In this document: positions 1 to 7,569 of the stretch, one piece after another
How the letters are laid out: each line of letters opens with the position of its first letter
Position numbering within the stretch: the stretch's first letter is position 1
NCBI GenBank assembly: GCA_964350885.1
Contig: CAYGKV010000005.1
Location: 1,305-65,304 of the forward strand
DNA from: an uncultured Candidatus Saccharibacteria bacterium
Lineage (GTDB): Bacteria; Patescibacteriota; Minisyncoccia; Phycocordibacterales; UBA2100
Direction of reading: 5' to 3'
Length of the DNA stretch: 64,000 bases
Program-made: the position numbers and the translations under genes
Notes under the pieces: generated by a model
Database searches by the model: none
What the model saw: the letters and a program-made list of their open reading frames with translations, nothing else
Told to the model about the DNA's origin: nothing

Positions 1-1247
1 ATATCTCAAAGAATGCCACGGTAGCATTGCTCGCTGCATCGCTCCTCAATCGCGGGACGACGACCATTAAGAATGTACCCAAAATAGAAGAGGTAAATCG
101 TCTTATCGAAGTCTTGAAGAGCGTCGGTGCAGAAGTGGGATGGACCAACGGTGACGTTGTTATAAAACCTCCCAAACAACTCACACCAGAAAAGATGGAT
201 AAAGTAGCCGCTGGGAAAACCCGCAGCACCGTGCTCTTCACCGCCCCTCTTGCCCATCTTTTCGAATCGTTCGAATTACCGCTCCCCGGTGGATGCAATC
301 TCGGCGGGCGCACCATGATGCCGCACATACAGGCGCTCGGTGCTTTGGGGATCTCCATACTCAAGGGTTCGGAAGGAATGTACCTGGTCTCGTCAAAAGA
401 GAAGACGGCAGGTGAAGTAGCGATGTATGAATCGAGTGATACGGGTACCGAGAGTGTCCTTATGGCCGCTGCAAAAATCCCAGGTAAAACGACGATCAAA
501 TACGCAAGCGCCAATTATATGGTGCAAGACCTCTGTGTGTTTTTGGAGCAGTGTGGTGTAAAAGTGGAGGGCATTGGCACTTCGACGCTCGTCGTACACG
601 GTGTCGATGATATCGACAGGGATGTCGTAGCCTATCCGAGCGAGGACCCGATAGAATCCATGTTCTTCATTTCGCTCGCGGCGACCACCGGCTCCGAGCT
701 TACGATAAAACGCTGCCCCATGGATTTTCTTGAGTTGGAATTGGTAACACTCGGACAAATGAGTCAGAAATACGAGTATGGCGCTAAGTATGTTGCGGAG
801 AATGGTCGGGCGGTGCTGGCTGATGTGACACTATTTCCTTCCAAGCTCACCGCTCCGCCCGAGAAAATCGCACCGAGGCCGTATCCTGGTATCAATATCG
901 ACAACCTTCCATTTTTCGTTCCCGTTGCCACACAGGCCGAAGGCCGCACGCTCATTCATGATTGGGTCTATGAAAATCGCGCTGTTTACTACATGGAAAT
1001 GAAAAAGCTCGGCGCCAATATGCTCCTTGCAGATCCGCATCGCGTCTTCATCGACGGTCCGACACCGCTTCACGCGGCAGATATCGAGGCGCCGCCCGCG
1101 CTCCGCCCCGCGACCATCATATTGATAGGTATGCTTGCGGCGGAAGGGGAATCAATGCTTCGCGACGTGTATCCGATAAACCGCGGCTATGAGCGCCTCC
1201 ACGAACGCCTCAAATCTCTCGGCGCCTCCGTCGAGGCGGTAGAATAG
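1..1247 (+). CDS. murA: UDP-N-acetylglucosamine 1-carboxyvinyltransferase MurA (5' end truncated by window edge)
   Basis: The frame is open from nt 3. The translation ...SKNATVALLAASLLNRGTTTIKNVPKIEEV...PGGCNLGGR...INRGYERLHERLKSLGASVEAVE aligns with MurA/EPSP-synthase-fold motifs, including the C-terminal IDRGYE-like motif. No start codon lies inside the window. Confidence 0.85.
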   Translation, partial: ISKNATVALLAASLLNRGTTTIKNVPKIEEVNRLIEVLKSVGAEVGWTNGDVVIKPPKQLTPEKMDKVAAGKTRSTVLFTAPLAHLFESFELPLPGGCNLGGRTMMPHIQALGALGISILKGSEGMYLVSSKEKTAGEVAMYESSDTGTESVLMAAAKIPGKTTIKYASANYMVQDLCVFLEQCGVKVEGIGTSTLVVHGVDDIDRDVVAYPSEDPIESMFFISLAATTGSELTIKRCPMDFLELELVTLGQMSQKYEYGAKYVAENGRAVLADVTLFPSKLTAPPEKIAPRPYPGINIDNLPFFVPVATQAEGRTLIHDWVYENRAVYYMEMKKLGANMLLADPHRVFIDGPTPLHAADIEAPPALRPATIILIGMLAAEGESMLRDVYPINRGYERLHERLKSLGASVEAVE

Positions 1248-1251
1248 CTGT

Positions 1252-2160
1252 ATGAGCAGTGAAGGTCCCAAGAACCCCAGAGATGTTCCCAAATTTGGAT
1301 ATTTTCGCCCACTCACTAAGGGAGCAGTGGCTCGACTTTTGGAGAGCCGAAATACACGAGGCTCTGAAACTATGCCGGTTGACACTTTCGACGAGAGACT
1401 TAGGGCGACGTACTTACCAAAACTCGCGGCTTTCCAAAAGGCACTCAACTTTCAAGGCGGGATTGTATACTACCCACTTTGTTCAGATGACACATCTCCG
1501 TCCCAAGCCTTCCCAAATAGTATGGTTGTCTACGCAGACACTGATATCCGTGCAGTAAAGAAATTACAGGAATCTGGCCATGCAGCATATGGGTATGACG
1601 CAACAAAATTTAAACTACGAAATCCTGCAGACATCCTGATTCTTTTAAGGGCTGAAATTGATCTAAGCACTCCGCTTTCGCAAGTAAAAGAGGGTGGGTA
1701 TGTCATTTGTCATGATTGGAAGGGAAATGCAACAGAGTTGCGGGGCAAACGAGATTTCGATTTTGTTGCTTTAATACATCCAGGGAAGAATGGCGAGTAT
1801 GTATATGACACCTCAGATCTTGAGGATTGTTGGAAAGAAATGGATGACGACGAAGATCTTCGGGCATTCTCTCGTTCGGGTCTTACGAATTGGAAGTTAC
1901 GGGCCGATTACTGGGACGTTGTTTCTACTGTTAGGTGGATAACTGGTAAGAGAGAGAATTATTTAGAAGAGTACAAGAAAATCCTAGAGGGGGCTCGAGA
2001 GAGAACGATTGAGGGACTTGAGATTATTGATGATAGCTCTCCGTGGATGGAAATAGAGTGGAAAGGGGAAAGCCATACTTTATTTATTGATTTCCCGCAT
2101 AAGAAGGGAATAATTGATGATTTTTACGTTTTCCGGAAGAAAATCCATGAACAAACCTAA
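1252..2160 (+). CDS. hypothetical protein (302 aa), compositionally AT-rich orphan
   Basis: ATG at 1252 and an uninterrupted ORF. GC is clearly lower than the flanking murA and purN genes. I recognise no domain. Confidence 0.5.
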   Translation: MSSEGPKNPRDVPKFGYFRPLTKGAVARLLESRNTRGSETMPVDTFDERLRATYLPKLAAFQKALNFQGGIVYYPLCSDDTSPSQAFPNSMVVYADTDIRAVKKLQESGHAAYGYDATKFKLRNPADILILLRAEIDLSTPLSQVKEGGYVICHDWKGNATELRGKRDFDFVALIHPGKNGEYVYDTSDLEDCWKEMDDDEDLRAFSRSGLTNWKLRADYWDVVSTVRWITGKRENYLEEYKKILEGARERTIEGLEIIDDSSPWMEIEWKGESHTLFIDFPHKKGIIDDFYVFRKKIHEQT

Positions 2161-2788
2161 ACTCATCATTTTTGCATCCGGCACTGCAGAAGCGGGCGGG
2201 TCGGGGTTTGAAAATCTTGTCGAGACGACGAAGCGGGGTGTCCTCGACGCGGAAATAGTTGCAGTTGTTTCCAATCACGAGCATGGTGGCGTGCGGGAGC
2301 GAGCTGATCGTCTCGGCATCCCGTTTATTCTTTTCTCTGCCAATTCCGATTACAAGAAGATCGTTGCAGATTCTGGAGCCGAGTGGGTGGCACTCTCCGG
2401 TTGGCTCAAGAAAGTTTCCGGCCTCGATCCGCAAAAGACGTTCAACGTCCATCCCGCGCTTCTCTCGCAACTTGAGGGACGCTTCGGCGGAGAGGGTATG
2501 TGGGGGCACCGCGTGCATGAAGCGGTGAAGGCGGCGCTCGATAGGGGAGAGATTACAGAATCGGGCTGCTCAATGCATTTTGTTACCGACGAATACGATC
2601 GCGGCCCTGTCTTTTTCGAACATCGTGTGCCGCTTACGAAGGATATGTCTGCGGACGATATTGCAAGAGTGGTACATAAGGCAGAGCACGAATGGCAGCC
2701 GAAAATAACGAACATGGTCGTGCACGGCGAGATACGGTGGGACGGCAAAGACCCGCGATCCTTGGTGGTTCCTCGTGCCACGACATGA
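2147..2788 (+). CDS. purN: phosphoribosylglycinamide formyltransferase-like (PurN family formyltransferase)
   Basis: KPKLIIFASGTAEAGGSGFENLV plus FNVHPALL...HFVTDEYDRGPVFFEHRVP match the PurN/formyl-transferase N-terminal-domain signatures (HxSLLP, HFVTxxxDxGPI). Internal ATG at 2147. Confidence 0.7.
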   Translation: MNKPKLIIFASGTAEAGGSGFENLVETTKRGVLDAEIVAVVSNHEHGGVRERADRLGIPFILFSANSDYKKIVADSGAEWVALSGWLKKVSGLDPQKTFNVHPALLSQLEGRFGGEGMWGHRVHEAVKAALDRGEITESGCSMHFVTDEYDRGPVFFEHRVPLTKDMSADDIARVVHKAEHEWQPKITNMVVHGEIRWDGKDPRSLVVPRATT

Positions 2789-2799
2789 TAGGATGAAAG

Positions 2800-2911
2800 C
2801 CTCCTTCGGGGTCAGGTGTAAATCCTAATCGGTGGTATAGCCCACGAGTCCGCAAGGACATGATCCGGTGTAATTCCGGAGCCGACCGTAAAGTCGGGAC
2901 GAAAGAAGGAG
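2800..2911 (+). ncRNA. FMN riboswitch (RFN element) aptamer
   Basis: CCUCCUUCGGGGUCAGGUGUAAAUCCUAAUCGGUGGUAUAGCCCACGAGUCCGCAAGG...GAUCCGGUGUAAUUCCGGAGCCGACCGUAAAGUCGGGACGAAAGAAGGAG matches the RFN consensus (CUUCGGGGCAGGGUGAAAUUCCCGACCGGCGGUA...AGCCGACAGUGAAAGUCUGGAUGGGAGAAGGA). P1 is CUCCUUC/GAAGGAG. It lies directly 5' of the rib operon. Confidence 0.85.
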
Positions 2912-2942
2912 CAGTCACTCGCTATGCGGGTGGATTGCGCGT

Positions 2943-2966
2943 AACCCCGAAGCGAAGGGGTTTTTT
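2943..2966 (+). terminator. intrinsic terminator acting as the FMN riboswitch expression platform
   Basis: Hairpin aaCCCCgaagcgaaGGGG followed by TTTTTTgTTTgT, 7 nt upstream of the ribE ATG. Confidence 0.7.
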
Positions 2967-2972
2967 GTTTGT

Positions 2973-3578
2973 ATGTTCACAGGCATCATCCAACAGCAAG
3001 GCGTCGTGAAGAGGAAAACTGCAGCGCGCCTGCATATTGAAGCTGCGGCGGTATTGGTGGAGCAACTGGCCCTCGGTGAAAGTATCGCCGTCAACGGCGT
3101 GTGTCTGACCGTTAGCAAGATCCCGGCGATGACGGTCTTCGTGGTCGATGTCATGCAAGAGACGCTGCGCCGCACGACGTTCGGGAACTTGAAGCCGGAT
3201 ATTCCGGTGAACCTCGAATTGCCCATGAGGGTCGATGGCCGGTTTGGCGGTCACATCGTACAAGGGCACGTGGATGGGACAGCGAAGATAATCCGTATAC
3301 AGAGGAACGGCAACAGTCGCATAATTACTTTCGCTGCTCCTGAAAAACTGCTGAAGTATATGGCTGAAAAGGGTTCTGTCGCGATCGATGGCATTTCCCT
3401 GACGCTTATCGACGTGGATGATACGGGATTCAGTGTCGGCATTATCCCGCACACGAGAGACCGTACGACGCTCGCGCGCGCAGCAGTCGGCGACATGGTC
3501 AACGTGGAGGTGGATATGCTGGCCAAATATGTGTACAAATTTAGTAGCGCATCATTAAAGAAACATCATGAAAAATAA
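2973..3578 (+). CDS. ribE: riboflavin synthase (alpha chain)
   Basis: MFTGIIQQQGVV...GESIAVNGVCLTV... and a duplicated lumazine-binding half (GSVAIDGISLTL) are typical of riboflavin synthase. Confidence 0.9.
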   Translation: MFTGIIQQQGVVKRKTAARLHIEAAAVLVEQLALGESIAVNGVCLTVSKIPAMTVFVVDVMQETLRRTTFGNLKPDIPVNLELPMRVDGRFGGHIVQGHVDGTAKIIRIQRNGNSRIITFAAPEKLLKYMAEKGSVAIDGISLTLIDVDDTGFSVGIIPHTRDRTTLARAAVGDMVNVEVDMLAKYVYKFSSASLKKHHEK

Positions 3579-4023
3579 CGACTACCGTATCGCGATCGTC
3601 GGGAGCGATTTTCAGAAATTCGTGACCGACAATTTGGAACATAATTGCGTCGAGACGTTGGTCAGAAACGGTGTGAAGCGGGAACACATCGAGCTCGTGC
3701 GCGTACCGGGCTCGCTCGAGATACCTCTCGCCGCACAGCTGCTCGCAAAGAAAAAGAAGTTCGACGCCATCATAGCATTTGGCGCTATTCATAAAGGCGA
3801 GACGTATCACTTTCAGCAAGTGGCGGACGAATGTATCAGAGGATGTATGAAGGTCTCGCTCGAGTATGAACTACCCGTCATCTACGAAGTGCTGGCTGTA
3901 TATGACATTCGGGATGCGAGAGTGCGCGCCACGCGAAAAAAAGAGAACAGGGGCGTCGAAGCGGCGCTGTCCGCTCTCGCGATGGTTGCCGTTACCCGCG
4001 CGCTGCGGAAGAAAAAGTCATGA
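3568..4023 (+). CDS. ribH: 6,7-dimethyl-8-ribityllumazine synthase
   Basis: RIAIVGSDFQKFVTDNL...VRVPGSLEIPLAAQLLAKKKKFDAIIAFGAIHKGETYHF matches RibH family motifs. Its start overlaps the ribE stop. Confidence 0.85.
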   Translation: MKNNDYRIAIVGSDFQKFVTDNLEHNCVETLVRNGVKREHIELVRVPGSLEIPLAAQLLAKKKKFDAIIAFGAIHKGETYHFQQVADECIRGCMKVSLEYELPVIYEVLAVYDIRDARVRATRKKENRGVEAALSALAMVAVTRALRKKKS

Positions 4024-4616
4024 ACGCCGATACGTCCATAGTTCGTAGCGCGTCGTCGAAGCTCCCGACGTCGTACGGGACTTTTGAGATCTCCATATAT
4101 CGGTCTGTCTTGGATGGCAAAGAGCACGTAGCTCTTCGTATGGGTGATGCAAGCGAGTCACCGGTGCTGACGCGGATACATTCACAATGCGTTACAGGAG
4201 ATACGCTCTTTTCCCTCCGCTGCGATTGCGGTGAGCAGTTGCGTAAAAGTATGGAACTGATATCGAAGAAAGGAGCTGGAGTGATCTTATATCTTGCACA
4301 GGAGGGTCGCGGTATCGGTCTTTCCGACAAAATACGCGCATATGCGCTTCAGGAGCAGGGTTTGGATACTGTCGAGGCGAACGAGGCGCTCGGCAAACCC
4401 GTTGACGCGCGCGATTATGAGATCGCTGCGGATATTCTCAAGGATCTCGGGATCGCAAACATCACCCTGCTCACGAATAATCCCGATAAACGAAAACAAC
4501 TTGCCTCCCACGGCATCGGAGTAGCCGAACTTCAACTTACTATTGTTCCGAACAAACACAATCGCGCGTATCTGGAAACCAAAAGAAGCAAACTGGACCA
4601 CTCGATACCAGCCTGA
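4020..4616 (+). CDS. ribA: GTP cyclohydrolase II (stand-alone, no DHBP synthase domain)
   Basis: RIHSQCVTGDTLFSLRCDCGEQL (the zinc-binding CxCGxQ motif) and YLAQEGRGIGL...TNNPDK are hallmark GCH-II motifs. At 198 aa it is too short to include a RibB domain. ATGA overlap with ribH. Confidence 0.9.
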   Translation: MNADTSIVRSASSKLPTSYGTFEISIYRSVLDGKEHVALRMGDASESPVLTRIHSQCVTGDTLFSLRCDCGEQLRKSMELISKKGAGVILYLAQEGRGIGLSDKIRAYALQEQGLDTVEANEALGKPVDARDYEIAADILKDLGIANITLLTNNPDKRKQLASHGIGVAELQLTIVPNKHNRAYLETKRSKLDHSIPA

Positions 4617-4617
4617 T

Positions 4618-5721
4618 ATGCGGGAAGAACTTGCGCGGGACGAGGAGATAATGCGCCAAACGTTCCGTTTGGCGCAGAAGGGGGGAGGCTGGACAAATCC
4701 AAACCCCCTCGTCGGCGCGATCGTTGTGAAAGACGGCGTGATCGTCGCACGCGGATACCATACGAGGGCTGGTGCTCCTCACGCGGAAGTGGAGGCCATG
4801 CGAGCAGTGAAAGGCGATCTTGGGGGGAGCACGCTCTACGTGAATCTCGAACCGTGCTCGCACTATGGGAAAACGCCGCCGTGCGTGGATGCGATCCTGA
4901 AAGCGGGCGTACGGCATGTCGTCTGCGCGACGTTGGACCCTAATCCGAAAGTACAAGGAGAGGGGGCACGGCGCCTCCGAAAACGTGGCGTACGTGTCAC
5001 CGTCGGGGTGTTGGAACATGAGGCGCGGCACCTGAACGAAGCATTCTTTGCATTTCACGAACACGAACGACCGTTCGTCACGATAAAATTCGCCGCGAGC
5101 CTTGATGGGAAAATCGCAACGAGAACTGGCGATTCGAAATGGATCACGGGAGAAAAGGCTCGCACATACGCGCGCCATTTGCGGGAAGAGTCGCAGGCGG
5201 TCTTGGTCGGCATCAACACCGTGCTTAAAGACGACCCGCATTTGGGAGTGAGGAAGAAAGGAAAAAAGGACCCTCTCAGAATAGTACTCGATTCGCGGTT
5301 ACGGATCCCGCTCACCGCCCGTGTCTTGCGCGATGGCAATGTCCTTATCGTTACGACCGAGCGCGCGAACGCCAAAAAGAAACGATCGCTGCTCGAAAAA
5401 GGTATCGACCTCATCGAGATGAAACGTGCAATAGAAATACCGGTTTTGATGCGCGAGCTGTACGCACGCGGAATAATCAGCGTGTTGGTAGAGGGTGGCG
5501 GAAGTGTTCTCGGAAGCTTCGTCGATGCACGGTGTGTTGACAAAGTGTATGCATTCCACGCCCCAATTGTCATCGGGGGTGAGACTGCGAAAAGTGCAGT
5601 CGGAGGGAAGGGAGCTTCAACCATCCGCGAAGTGCTTCGACTGACCCACGTTGAGCGCAAGACCTTCGATGACAACTCCCTCGTCATCGGCTATCCGAAG
5701 AAACGATGGAATTTGGTATAG
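4618..5721 (+). CDS. ribD: bifunctional diaminohydroxyphosphoribosylaminopyrimidine deaminase / 5-amino-6-(5-phosphoribosylamino)uracil reductase
   Basis: Deaminase motifs HAEVEAM and [14 protein letters not shown], followed by a reductase domain ([15 protein letters not shown]). ATG at 4618, just after the ribA stop. Confidence 0.85.
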   Translation: MREELARDEEIMRQTFRLAQKGGGWTNPNPLVGAIVVKDGVIVARGYHTRAGAPHAEVEAMRAVKGDLGGSTLYVNLEPCSHYGKTPPCVDAILKAGVRHVVCATLDPNPKVQGEGARRLRKRGVRVTVGVLEHEARHLNEAFFAFHEHERPFVTIKFAASLDGKIATRTGDSKWITGEKARTYARHLREESQAVLVGINTVLKDDPHLGVRKKGKKDPLRIVLDSRLRIPLTARVLRDGNVLIVTTERANAKKKRSLLEKGIDLIEMKRAIEIPVLMRELYARGIISVLVEGGGSVLGSFVDARCVDKVYAFHAPIVIGGETAKSAVGGKGASTIREVLRLTHVERKTFDDNSLVIGYPKKRWNLV

Positions 5722-5736
5722 TGGCAAAGCACGGAC

Positions 5737-5820
5737 GCCGCGGTGGTGAAATTGGTAGACACGCACGTTTCAGAGACGTGTGGGGCAACCCATGGGAGTT
5801 CGAGTCTCCCCCGCGGCACA
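5737..5820 (+). tRNA. tRNA-Leu (anticodon CAG)
   Basis: Acceptor stem GCCGCGG/CCGCGGC, D-arm GGTGAAATTGGTAGACAC, anticodon stem CACGT/ACGTG with loop TTCAGAG (CAG), long variable arm TGGGGCAACCCATGGG, and T-arm GAGTTCGAGTCTC. The six-frame ORF track mis-extends the downstream CDS across it. Confidence 0.85.
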
Positions 5821-6458
5821 TGGGTTTTAAAGCAGTATTTTTTGACATGGACGGGCTCCTCGTGGATACCGAACTTCTGATGTTCAATGCGACTCAGGAG
5901 ATCCTCACAGGAGCTGGAGTCGGGATAAGCAAAGATTGGTACATTCGCGAAAATCTCGGGAAGGGAGTGAGCTCTGTCGAGCTCGCGCGAGAAAAGGGGA
6001 TTTCCGACCAAGAAGTGGAAGTGTTGCGGAAGCGTCGCAACGATCGGTATGGTGAAATACTCAACGAAAGCGTTACGCCGATCGACGGTGTCACAGAGGT
6101 TCTTGAAAAGTTGCACGGACGGTTCTTATTGGCCGTTGTCACGGGCAGTCGCAGAGATCACTTCGATATCATCATGCAAAAAACGCGGCTACTACGTTTT
6201 TTTGACTTCTGCATTACGGGAGAAGACGTAACGAATATCAAACCGGATCCGGAGTCGTATGCAACAGCGATCGTTCGGGCCCACCAGAAAAAAGAACACT
6301 GCTTAGCACTCGAGGACTCTCATAAGGGTGTGAGGGCGGCTAAGGCCGCAGGGTTAACATGTTACGCTATTCCGGACGCACTGACTAAAACACACGATTT
6401 TTCGACGGCTGATAAAGTTTTGAAAAGTATTCGTGAATTGCCGGGTCTCATACTATAG
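5820..6458 (+). CDS. HAD-superfamily hydrolase (beta-PGM/phosphatase subfamily)
   Basis: [12 protein letters not shown] (HAD motif I, DxDGxLxDT), motif II S/T near VVTGS, and the C-terminal K...(L)EDS motif. Start reassigned to the ATG at 5820 because the tRNA occupies the upstream part of the tracked ORF. Confidence 0.75.
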   Translation: MGFKAVFFDMDGLLVDTELLMFNATQEILTGAGVGISKDWYIRENLGKGVSSVELAREKGISDQEVEVLRKRRNDRYGEILNESVTPIDGVTEVLEKLHGRFLLAVVTGSRRDHFDIIMQKTRLLRFFDFCITGEDVTNIKPDPESYATAIVRAHQKKEHCLALEDSHKGVRAAKAAGLTCYAIPDALTKTHDFSTADKVLKSIRELPGLIL

Positions 6459-6468
6459 TCATGGGACA

Positions 6469-7167
6469 ATGAACATCCGACCGATCAAAACCCGTGTTTT
6501 CAAAGAAGGCGAAGACATTCTCGCCTTTATCATGAAGCATGTTCGGGGTCTGAAAAATGGTTCCGTTCTCGCAGTTACGTCGAAAATCGTCTCGCTTGCC
6601 GAGGGTGCTGTGATGCAAGCCACTACATCGCGGGCAAAAGATGCAATTATTCGCGCCGAATCCGAATGGCAGCTACAAGCAAGGGGAGGGAAAATAACGC
6701 TCAAAAACGGACTCTTGATGTGGAATGCGGGTATCGACGAATCCAATGCGAAAGGGAACCTTATTCTTTTGCCGAAGGACAGCTTCAAGGCAGCCGAATC
6801 ACTCCGCCGCCATCTCACCCAACTTTATAAAGTAAAGTTGGGGGTGATTATCACCGATAGCCGCGTAACGCCGCTTCGAGCGGGTGTCGTGGGCGTGGCG
6901 CTTGGGTATGCAGGTTTCAGAGGTTTACGCGATTATCGCGGCAAGAAAGATATATTCGGGCGAGCGCTCAAATTCACTCAGACCAATATCGCAGACTCTC
7001 TCGCCACAGCGGCAACACTCGCAATGGGTGAGGGGAACGAGCGCCAGCCGCTCTGTATAATCGAAGACGCACCTGTCGTATTCAACAAAAAAGTGAACCG
7101 CAACGAACTAAAAATCGCCCTCAAAGACGACATGTACGCTCCCTTGTTCAAACCCAAACGCCGCTAA
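6469..7167 (+). CDS. CofE-like F420-0:gamma-glutamyl ligase family protein
   Basis: RPIKTRVFKEGEDILAFI...LAVTSKIVSLAEG...NAGIDESNA...GVIITDSRVTPLRAGVVGVALGYAG resembles the CofE/FbiB N-terminal domain fold (PF01996). Confidence 0.6.
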   Translation: MNIRPIKTRVFKEGEDILAFIMKHVRGLKNGSVLAVTSKIVSLAEGAVMQATTSRAKDAIIRAESEWQLQARGGKITLKNGLLMWNAGIDESNAKGNLILLPKDSFKAAESLRRHLTQLYKVKLGVIITDSRVTPLRAGVVGVALGYAGFRGLRDYRGKKDIFGRALKFTQTNIADSLATAATLAMGEGNERQPLCIIEDAPVVFNKKVNRNELKIALKDDMYAPLFKPKRR

Positions 7168-7565
7168 AAGTATTTTTTCAGTGGCTCGAATCTCGGCATT
7201 TTCCCGAGGGTATGGGTGACGATGTATCGTGCCAGCCACCCTGAAAAAAATCCAGCTAGGCCGATTCCTGTAAACATAAAGAGACTATAGAAGTTATTCG
7301 TAAGCTCAAAAAAAATGATCGGCGAATAGAATACAGCAATTAACCATACCTTTCGTTGCCCGCCCAACATAGTAAAAATCAGCGGCAGGAAAAAAACATA
7401 ACTAAGCATTAGGGCGGCAACGGCATGTAAGTCAATCCAAGAGCCCCCAGACTCCGGATAAATAGAAGTGTAAAGATTCCAGATTGGCTCACCAAGTAGT
7501 GCAGCCAATAAAATTGTTAGTGCAAGGAGGGCCGTGTACCTAATAGCGTTAAGAAAGAGGGACAT
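7164..7565 (-). CDS. small hydrophobic membrane protein (4 predicted TM), AT-rich
   Basis: Complete ORF with ATG, 133 aa, almost entirely hydrophobic segments. Lies 3' of the lipase gene on the same strand. Confidence 0.5.
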   Translation of the reverse strand: MSLFLNAIRYTALLALTILLAALLGEPIWNLYTSIYPESGGSWIDLHAVAALMLSYVFFLPLIFTMLGGQRKVWLIAVFYSPIIFFELTNNFYSLFMFTGIGLAGFFSGWLARYIVTHTLGKMPRFEPLKKYF

Positions 7566-7569
7566 AGTA

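Noticed and set aside
4540-5687. Minus-strand ORFs of 233 aa and 210 aa overlapping ribD
   Set aside because: They lie opposite the strongly supported ribD CDS with its clear deaminase/reductase motifs. The translations are Arg/Ser-rich and low complexity, typical of GC-rich antisense frames.
5706-5820. 5' extension of the HAD hydrolase ORF ([22 protein letters not shown]...)
   Set aside because: This stretch is a tRNA-Leu(CAG) gene read as protein. The CDS start was moved to the ATG at 5820.
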